Positions 1-4,979 of a stretch of DNA of 5,697 bases are shown one piece after another. The position numbers and the translations under genes were made by a program. This DNA is from Candidatus Iainarchaeum sp. (GTDB lineage Archaea; Iainarchaeota; Iainarchaeia; Iainarchaeales; CSSED10-239), in assembly GCA_028693335.1 (NCBI GenBank), contig JAQUVR010000046.1, forward strand, positions 1 to 5,697. Direction: 5' to 3'. Under the pieces are notes generated by a model. The model did no database searches, was not told the origin of the DNA, and was given only the letters and a program-made list of their open reading frames with translations. Each line of letters begins with the position of its first letter. Position 1 is the first letter of the stretch.

Positions 1-1258
1 GCTTTTCTTCTTCTTTTTGAAATTCTAATAAATCTATTAAAATATTTTTTTCTATTGCCAGTTCTTGAATCATCTCTATTGGAAAACCATAACTTTGATA
101 TAACAAAAATGCTTCTTTTCCAGAAATGGTTTCTTGTTTTTCTACAAACTTGTTAAATTCTTTTAATCCTTTTTCTAAAGTTAATATAAATTTATTCTCT
201 TCTTTTTCTAATTCAAAAACAATAAATTTTCTTTTTTGTTCTAAATTAGGATATTCTTCTTTATATAAATCAATTATCTTATTTGCAACAGATTTACAAA
301 AACTATCTTCTATACCAATAAGTTTTGCAAACCTTATAGATCGTCTAATAAATCTTCTTAAAATATATCCTTGATCTGTATTTCCTGGTGTAATACCCTT
401 ATGATCTCCTAGAATAAATGTTGCTGCTCTTAAGTGATCTGTAATTATTTTTATTGCTTTCTTATTTTCTTTATCAACAGCAAGAGATTTTACATAATCA
501 TAAATTAATTTAATTTTTCCAACTAAAAAAGCATCATCAAGTCCATTTAATATCATTACCACTCTTTCAGTACCAAGACCAGTATCTATATTTTTTTGAA
601 TTAGGGTTTCAAAATTTCCTTCTTTTGTTTTATTATACTGCATAAAAACATTATTCCAAATCTCTACCCAATTTTCATCATTTGGATCAAATATTTTTGG
701 TGCTTCTCTAGAATTGTCTTTCCAATAAAATATCTCTGTATCTGGACCACAAGGGCCACTAGTTCCTGCCGGACCCCACCAATTATCTTCTATTGCTGCA
801 ATTCTTTCAATGGGCATACCTTCTTTTAACCAACAATCAATAGCCTCTTGATCTTTTGGTAAGTCTTTGTTTCCTGAAAAAACAGTTATTGCTAATCTAT
901 TTTTATTCAGTCCTAGCCACTTTTCATTAGTTAAAAACTCATAAGAAAAAGAAATTGATTCTTTCTTAAAATAATCCCCAAGAGACCAATTACCAAGCAT
1001 TTCAAACATAGAAAAATGTGTTGAATCTCCAACAGAATCAATATCTGTTGTTCTTATACAAAGTTGATAATTAACTAATTTTTTACCTAGTGGGTGTGGT
1101 TGACCAAGTAAAAATGGAACTAATGGATGCATACCAGCAGTTGTAAATAAAACTGTGTTGTCATTTTCTGGTATTAATGATGCTTGCTCAATTATCTGGT
1201 GATCTTTACTTTTAAAAAAATCTAAATATTTTTGTTTAAGTTCTGTTGTTGTTATCAT
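1..1258 (-). CDS. alaS: alanyl-tRNA synthetase (alanine--tRNA ligase), N-terminal 419 codons; 3' end runs off the window
   Basis: Manual minus-strand translation from the ATG at 1258..1256 stays open to position 2. It begins MITTTELKQKYLDFFKSKDHQIIEQASLIPENDNTVLFTTAGMHPLVPFLLGQPHPLGKKLVNYQLCIRTTDIDSVGDSTHFSMFEMLGNWSLGDYFKK. It continues through WWGPAGTSGPCGPDTEIFYW, NVFMQYNK, DTGLGTERV, ITDHLRAATFILGD, QGYILRRFIRRSIRF and LYQSYGFPIEM. These are collinear with the class II AlaRS catalytic and tRNA-recognition domains of bacterial AlaS. The gene is missing from the ORF track because no stop codon falls inside the window. A weak GAGA-type SD lies just upstream. Confidence 0.95.
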   Translation of the reverse strand, partial: MITTTELKQKYLDFFKSKDHQIIEQASLIPENDNTVLFTTAGMHPLVPFLLGQPHPLGKKLVNYQLCIRTTDIDSVGDSTHFSMFEMLGNWSLGDYFKKESISFSYEFLTNEKWLGLNKNRLAITVFSGNKDLPKDQEAIDCWLKEGMPIERIAAIEDNWWGPAGTSGPCGPDTEIFYWKDNSREAPKIFDPNDENWVEIWNNVFMQYNKTKEGNFETLIQKNIDTGLGTERVVMILNGLDDAFLVGKIKLIYDYVKSLAVDKENKKAIKIITDHLRAATFILGDHKGITPGNTDQGYILRRFIRRSIRFAKLIGIEDSFCKSVANKIIDLYKEEYPNLEQKRKFIVFELEKEENKFILTLEKGLKEFNKFVEKQETISGKEAFLLYQSYGFPIEMIQELAIEKNILIDLLEFQKEEEK

Positions 1259-1261
1259 AAT

Positions 1262-1289
1262 TTTCTCATTTAAATAATACATATAATAT
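1262..1289 (-). promoter_or_regulatory. promoter/5'-leader block upstream of alaS, shared with hisS: ATATTATAT-GTATT...TTTA...GAGAAA on the minus strand
   Basis: The minus strand reads ATATTATATGTATTATTTAAATGAGAAAATT followed by ATG. The ATATTATAT element lies at -23..-31 from the ATG. A near-identical block sits at the same distance upstream of hisS (3356..3380). Function is inferred only, and the sequence is low complexity in an AT-rich genome. Confidence 0.3.
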
Positions 1290-1406
1290 AGAAAGAATTT
1301 ATTTTAAAATTGTTCTATTTAATGAAAATATTCATAAACAAATGATACCAATAGTCTAGAAAGACCCAAATCTAAGATTTTAGATATATATAACAAATAA
1401 CAATAT

Positions 1407-1712
1407 TTATTTTTTATATATTTCATCATGATGTGCAAAATCCCAAAAATAAATAAATTTTTCTTTTTTAAAATAAGCAAAAGTCAAAACATAACTTTTA
1501 CCGATATGCACCCTCATTCTATCAGATAAGTTGTGTTTTAAATTTTTATAATGACTTATATTTTCAGGTGTTTGATTAATTATTTCTTTTATTTTTTTAT
1601 ATAACATATTTTTAAGAATTGGATCTTTTTTATTTAATTTTTTTATTTTTGAAACTAATTCTGGAGAAAATTGCCATTTAAAAACCAAAATATCACTTCT
1701 TAAAGAGAGCAT
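1407..1712 (-). CDS. type II toxin, RelE/YafQ/ParE-superfamily mRNA interferase-like (101 aa from the ATG; the track's 102-aa version starts at TTG 1715)
   Basis: This is a small ORF immediately downstream of, and overlapping, a small antitoxin-like ORF. The N-terminal region reads ILVFKWQFSPELVSKIKKL. The C-terminal half reads KNLKHNLSDRMRVHIGKSYVLTFAYFKKEKFIYFWDFAHHDEIYKK. Together these follow the RelE/YafQ pattern as I recall it: a beta-strand, helices, then three strands ending in an H-x-x-x-Y/F tail. The stop is TAA at 1407..1409. Confidence 0.72.
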   Translation of the reverse strand: MLSLRSDILVFKWQFSPELVSKIKKLNKKDPILKNMLYKKIKEIINQTPENISHYKNLKHNLSDRMRVHIGKSYVLTFAYFKKEKFIYFWDFAHHDEIYKK

Positions 1713-1953
1713 CAAATTCTTTTTTTGTCATACTCTTAAAATTTGGATTACTTTTTAAAAATTTAGAAACCCCTTCTTCCATTTTATAAACATAATCATC
1801 TTTTACTTCTAAATTATCAAATTTATCCAACTTACTATGTATTAAAACAAATTTATTTATGGCCTCGCTTTTATCCTTTAGATCATATTTTGCTTTAAAC
1901 ATATTAAGTATTCTATTTGCTTCTGGATCCAATTGTATTCTTGCATTTATCAT
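1693..1953 (-). CDS. type II antitoxin, ribbon-helix-helix-like N-terminus (resembles archaeal DUF2683-type proteins, from memory)
   Basis: ATG at 1953..1951 and TGA stop at 1695..1693, which lies inside the 5' end of the toxin ORF (20-nt overlap with the ATG start, 23 nt with TTG). The N-terminus MINARIQLDPEANRILNMFKAKYDLKDKSEAINKFV has the short-strand plus two-helix look of RHH/CopG-type DNA binders. The acidic and basic C-terminal half is plausible as the toxin-neutralising segment. Confidence 0.62.
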   Translation of the reverse strand: MINARIQLDPEANRILNMFKAKYDLKDKSEAINKFVLIHSKLDKFDNLEVKDDYVYKMEEGVSKFLKSNPNFKSMTKKEFDALFKK

Positions 1954-1960
1954 AAAAAAT

Positions 1961-1991
1961 CACTTTTTGTGTAATAAACACACATATTGTG
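1961..1991. promoter_or_regulatory. candidate TA operator: two CAC-W5-GTG inverted-repeat units spaced 20 bp apart
   Basis: On the plus strand, CACtttttGTG occupies 1961..1971 and CACatattGTG occupies 1981..1991. Between them TGTGT-aataa-ACACA (1968..1982) forms a third palindrome. The region lies 8-38 nt upstream of the antitoxin ATG and overlaps its GTGA-type SD. An AT-rich TATA-like or -10-like stretch follows at about 2001..2020. Confidence 0.35.
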
Positions 1992-2036
1992 ATACAAAAT
2001 AAATATAAATATATACTTAAATTAAGAAATTGATTT

Positions 2037-2057
2037 AAAATAAAAAAAATATAAAAA
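2037..2057 (-). terminator. oligo-T tract immediately after the hisS stop (T5-A-T-A-T8-A-T4 on the minus strand), no hairpin
   Basis: Read directly from the sequence. The tract starts at the base after the TAA stop (2058..2060). Terminator function is inferred from archaeal-style oligo-T termination and is ambiguous in AT-rich DNA. Confidence 0.3.
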
Positions 2058-3350
2058 TTAAATTTTAAAATCTTCTGTAGCTATTAGATTTTCTTTTCCT
2101 GTTTTTAGATCTCTAATTTTTATTTTGTTTTGTTTAATTTCATCTTCGCCAATAAAACCAACAAAAGGAATTCCTAACTTATCTGCGTATTCTATATTTT
2201 TCGATATAGATTTTGATTGAAGATCAATTATTGTCTTTATTCCCTTATTTCTTAAAAATTGAGTTATTTCAATAGATTTTTCTAAAGTATTTATTGGAAT
2301 TATTAATAAATCACAAACACTTTGCCTAGAAGAATTTTCTCTTTTAATAATAATATCCATTATTGGTTCTATTCCAAAAGATATACCAGTAGCAAACTGT
2401 TTTAAATTTTCATTACCAATGTATTTGCCAATCATATTATCCCATCTACCGCCACCAGCAATAGATCCTGAGATAATGCTTTGATCTTTTAAAAATATTT
2501 CAAAAATTGGTCCTGTGTAATATCCAAGACCTCTTGCAAGAGATGGAGAAAATAAAAAATCTACTTTAAATTGTGATAAATAATTAAAAAGTTCTTTTAA
2601 TTCTTTTAATCCAGCACTATTACCAATAATATTTTCTATATAGTTTAGTTTTTCTAAATTATTTCCTTTTTCTAAATCTTTTAATATAAAAATTAATTTT
2701 TCAATAGATTCATTAGAGATTTCTTTTTCTAATAATTCATTTTTAACACCACTAACTCCAATTTTTTTTAATTTATCTATTGAAATTATTACTTGTGTTG
2801 CTTGATCTACAGTAATATCACAATAATTAATAATATCTGTTAATAGTTTTCTGGAATTAACTTCAATTATAACATCTAAATCTAATGATCTAAAAACATC
2901 ATTTGCAACAGCCAATAACTCAGCATCAGCAGCAGTTGATGATATTCCAACAACATCAATATCACATTGATAAAATTCTCTATATCTGCCGGCTTTAATT
3001 GGGCCATCTCTAAAAACTGGGCCGATCTGATATCTCTTAAATGGCATTTTCAATTGTGGGTTTTGTCCAACAAATCGTGCAAGTGCAAAAGTAAATTCAT
3101 ATCTTAACCCAAGATCTCTATTTCCTTGATCTTTAAATCTATAAATTTCAGAAATTGCATCAGAGTTTTGCCCAGCCCCAAATTTTGCTTCTAAGATTTC
3201 TAGTTTCTCAAATGTTGGAGTCTCTAATGGAGAATAACCATAAATTTCAAAAATATTTTTGATTTGATAAATACATTTGTCTCTTAAGATTTTTTGACTG
3301 GGTATTATATCTCTTGTTCCTTTTGGAACTTCTAAAATTAATTTTGACAT
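2058..3350 (-). CDS. hisS: histidyl-tRNA synthetase (histidine--tRNA ligase), 430 aa, archaeal/eukaryal-like sequence type
   Basis: Complete ORF from ATG at 3350 to TAA at 2058. Class IIa hallmarks are present: N-terminal PKGTRDIIP, GLRYEFTFALARFV, motif 2 GRYREFYQCDIDVVG, motif 3 AGGGRWDNMIG, and a C-terminal anticodon-binding domain (LLIIPINT...IPFVGFIGEDE). The LRY-x-x-T and KGTRD forms resemble archaeal HisRS rather than the bacterial LRPEGT form. Confidence 0.95.
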   Translation of the reverse strand: MSKLILEVPKGTRDIIPSQKILRDKCIYQIKNIFEIYGYSPLETPTFEKLEILEAKFGAGQNSDAISEIYRFKDQGNRDLGLRYEFTFALARFVGQNPQLKMPFKRYQIGPVFRDGPIKAGRYREFYQCDIDVVGISSTAADAELLAVANDVFRSLDLDVIIEVNSRKLLTDIINYCDITVDQATQVIISIDKLKKIGVSGVKNELLEKEISNESIEKLIFILKDLEKGNNLEKLNYIENIIGNSAGLKELKELFNYLSQFKVDFLFSPSLARGLGYYTGPIFEIFLKDQSIISGSIAGGGRWDNMIGKYIGNENLKQFATGISFGIEPIMDIIIKRENSSRQSVCDLLIIPINTLEKSIEITQFLRNKGIKTIIDLQSKSISKNIEYADKLGIPFVGFIGEDEIKQNKIKIRDLKTGKENLIATEDFKI

Positions 3351-3355
3351 TATTA

Positions 3356-3380
3356 TTTCTCCTAAAATACTATATAATAT
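3356..3380 (-). promoter_or_regulatory. promoter/5'-leader block upstream of hisS, including the SD AGGAGA (3358..3363)
   Basis: The minus strand reads ATATTATATAGTATTTTAGGAGAAATAATA followed by ATG. AGGAGA sits 7 nt before the ATG. ATATTATAT lies at -22..-30. The block aligns with the alaS upstream block (1262..1289) apart from three short gaps of 1-3 nt. Confidence 0.4.
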
Positions 3381-3460
3381 TTAAACAATAGAAATAATTA
3401 AAAATAGGTAATTTACAAGAAAAATAATTTAAAAAAATAGAACTAGTTTTTTAAAACAGT

Positions 3461-3483
3461 AAAATAAAAAAAAATAAAAAAAA
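3461..3483 (-). terminator. oligo-T tract after the HU gene (T8-A-T9-A-T4 on the minus strand), no preceding hairpin
   Basis: Read directly from the sequence. It begins 9 nt after the TAA stop of the HU gene (3493..3495). Function is inferred. Confidence 0.35.
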
Positions 3484-3492
3484 GATTTATAC

Positions 3493-3762
3493 TTATAATG
3501 TATCCTTAAAAGCCTTACCAACTTTAAAACCACAAGTTTTACTTGCTTTGATTTTAATTTTTGCACCGGTTTGTGGATTTACACCCATTCTTGCTGCTCT
3601 TGTTTTTACTTTAAATGTACCAAAACCAACTAATTGTAATGCTTTGTGTTTCTTAATAACTGTCTTCATTGAATCAAGTGTTAAGTTCAATGTTTCTTCT
3701 AATTTTGATTTTGATAGTTCTGATTTTTTTGCCATTTCTTCTAACAAAGTTTGTTTATTCAT
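3493..3762 (-). CDS. hup: HU-family (HU/IHF fold) DNA-binding protein, 89 aa
   Basis: The protein is MNKQTLLEEMAKKSELSKSKLEETLNLTLDSMKTVIKKHKALQLVGFGTFKVKTRAARMGVNPQTGAKIKIKASKTCGFKVGKAFKDTL. It carries the HU signature GFGTF-x-V-x-x-RAAR-x-G-x-NPQTG-x-x-I-x-I-x-ASK-x-x-x-FK-x-GK, including the arm-tip proline. A GGGGGT SD-like element (3771..3776) lies 8 nt upstream of the ATG. Confidence 0.9.
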   Translation of the reverse strand: MNKQTLLEEMAKKSELSKSKLEETLNLTLDSMKTVIKKHKALQLVGFGTFKVKTRAARMGVNPQTGAKIKIKASKTCGFKVGKAFKDTL

Positions 3763-3902
3763 ATTTATTAACCCCCGTTATTTTTTCCAAATTATTTTTA
3801 TTAAGGAAAATATCTAATTAGTAATAATAAATGTTTTTAAATATATCTGTAAAATAGGCTCTAATTTAGCATAAAATAAGGGTTTTTAGAAAAAATGATG
3901 TA

Positions 3903-4136
3903 TTATTTCTTTTCTGCATCTTTTTTCTTTTCTATATATTTTTTCTTATATCCAACCCACAAAGTAAGAGAATAATATAAAAATATTCCAGTAAATATTA
4001 CAATTAACCAAAAAATAACGCTAGAATTTAATTGCTGAGTAGACCAACACATACCTTGACAAGCAGTCCAATCTCTAACAACAAAAAAAATCAAAAATGC
4101 TACCAATAAAACAAATGCTTTTTTTTTCCAATGCAT
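3903..4136 (-). CDS. hypothetical small membrane protein, 77 aa, two predicted TM segments, C-x3-C in the external loop, Lys-rich termini
   Basis: ATG at 4136 with the SD AGGAAG (4145..4150) 8 nt upstream. Lys-rich N-terminus (HWKKK) and C-terminus (YKKKYIEKKKDAEKK) flank two hydrophobic stretches, consistent with the positive-inside rule. The loop is RDWTACQGMCWSTQQLNSS. No family recognised. A stop-free 77-codon frame is uncommon in DNA this AT-rich. Confidence 0.55.
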   Translation of the reverse strand: MHWKKKAFVLLVAFLIFFVVRDWTACQGMCWSTQQLNSSVIFWLIVIFTGIFLYYSLTLWVGYKKKYIEKKKDAEKK

Positions 4137-4164
4137 AAATTTTTCTTCCTTTTAAAAAAATATT

Positions 4165-4238
4165 TGGATCTATTGGGATTTGAACCCAAGTCGCAAGCTC
4201 CGCAAGCTTGAATGCTATCCAGGCTACACCATAGATCC
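4165..4238 (-). tRNA. tRNA-Arg, anticodon GCG, 74 nt, CCA not encoded
   Basis: Folded by hand from the minus-strand sequence GGATCTA TG GTGT AGCCTGGATA GCAT T CAAGC TTGCGGA GCTTG CGAC TTGGG TTCAAAT CCCAA TAGATCC A. The 7-bp acceptor stem is perfect. The 4-bp D stem has two G-U pairs, and the D loop carries A14, G18G19, A20 and A21. The anticodon and T stems are each 5 bp and perfect. The T loop is TTCAAAT, the variable loop is 4 nt, and the discriminator is A. Confidence 0.9.
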
Positions 4239-4255
4239 ATTATGAAAAGAAACTA

Positions 4256-4609
4256 TTATTTTTCTTTCCAAAGGTTGGTTGTTCCCCAGATTACAACAGA
4301 AGTAAATCCAACACTTAATAATAAATATAATAAAAACACACTAGTGCTTAAATAAAAATACTTATAAATAATAAAATATAATAATACACCAGTAACAACA
4401 TATGTTAAAATATTATTTCCAAGAGCTCTTGCAACAATTTCAAAAATAAAAAATGCAATTATTACCATAATTATGTATTTTGCAATTGGATAATAATAGA
4501 TAATTAATGGAACCAATAAAATAATTGCAATAAATATAAATAATATCTTTGCAATCAACCCTAAATTATTAAAAGAAAAACCTTTGCTAGATCTTATATT
4601 TAATTTCAT
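4256..4609 (-). CDS. hypothetical polytopic membrane protein, 117 aa, about 4 predicted TM helices
   Basis: ATG at 4609, only 4 nt after the stop of the upstream ORF. Four long hydrophobic stretches are present: LIAKILFIFIAIILLVPLIIYYY, YIIMVIIAFFIFEIVARAL, ILTYVVTGVLLYFIIYKYF and VFLLYLLLSVGFTSVVIWG. No family recognised. Confidence 0.62.
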   Translation of the reverse strand: MKLNIRSSKGFSFNNLGLIAKILFIFIAIILLVPLIIYYYPIAKYIIMVIIAFFIFEIVARALGNNILTYVVTGVLLYFIIYKYFYLSTSVFLLYLLLSVGFTSVVIWGTTNLWKEK

Positions 4610-4613
4610 ATAA

Positions 4614-4979
4614 TTATCTACCCTGTTTTTGTTGCGATCTTTGTTGTTGCATTCTTTGCTGCTGCATCTCTGCTTGTTTTTTACCTGGCATCTTATCTAA
4701 CATATCTTTTGGGCCATGATTCATAGTTACAAAGAATATATCAACTAAAACTCCAGAAACACCAATTGTTAAAAGTATATAAAACAAATAAGCAGTTCCA
4801 AAAATTGGCCAATAAAAGAAAATTAAAAACACAGCGCCAATTGTAATTAATGTCAATGCAAAAAAATTATGAGTTATTCTTGTTCTTACAAATGTAATTA
4901 TAAATAATAAAAAGAATATTTTTAAAATGAAGCCAAAATCTTCAAAAAAACTTAAAATTATTAAATCCATTTTTATCAA
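4614..4979 (-). CDS. hypothetical membrane protein, 118-121 aa, about 3 TM helices plus a basic Gln-rich C-terminal tail
   Basis: The track start is a TTG at 4979..4977, which overlaps the upstream TGA stop as TTGA. An ATG lies three codons downstream at 4970..4968. Three hydrophobic segments are followed by the tail HGPKDMLDKMPGKKQAEMQQQRMQQQRSQQKQGR. No family recognised. Confidence 0.62.
   Translation of the reverse strand: MIKMDLIILSFFEDFGFILKIFFLLFIITFVRTRITHNFFALTLITIGAVFLIFFYWPIFGTAYLFYILLTIGVSGVLVDIFFVTMNHGPKDMLDKMPGKKQAEMQQQRMQQQRSQQKQGR
4638..4667 (-). repeat. tandem 15-nt duplication inside the CDS, encoding MQQQR-MQQQR
   Basis: On the plus strand, TCTTTGTTGTTGCAT (4638..4652) is followed by TCTTTGCTGCTGCAT (4653..4667). 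The two differences are both synonymous Gln changes (CAA versus CAG). Confidence 0.85.

Noticed and set aside
126-374. 82-aa plus-strand ORF from the track
   Set aside because: It lies entirely antisense to the strongly supported alaS reading frame. It is low-complexity (F/S/L/N-rich), recognisable as nothing, and lacks an SD. This is a typical shadow ORF.
1354-1384. Cluster of small palindromes between relE-like and alaS: GTCTagaaAGAC, AAATCTaAGATTT, TCTAAgattTTAGA
   Set aside because: The stems are only 4-6 bp and almost all A/T. The loops are too short for a stable terminator hairpin, and no following T run is present. This is indistinguishable from chance in AT-rich spacer DNA.
1619-1626. 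Possible att-type direct repeat of the tRNA 3' end (TTGGATCT also occurs at 4164..4171), suggesting an element integrated at the tRNA
   Set aside because: The match is only 8 nt, which is expected by chance in a window this size. No integrase or other mobile-element gene is present, and the genes in between include hisS and HU.
3441-3448. AACTAGTT palindrome flanked by A and T runs in the HU-hisS spacer
   Set aside because: It is a single 8-bp palindrome with no second copy and does not extend. This is insufficient to call a binding site or hairpin.
3351-3492. T-box or other riboswitch leader upstream of hisS, and likewise 1259..1406 upstream of alaS
   Set aside because: The spacers are only about 140-150 nt and are shared with the upstream gene's terminator region. 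They are almost pure A/T, with no GC-supported stems or T-box-like conserved sequence.
3548-3817. 89-aa plus-strand ORF from the track
   Set aside because: It is antisense to the HU gene for most of its length, and the HU frame carries the unmistakable family signature. The remainder runs into the HU promoter region.
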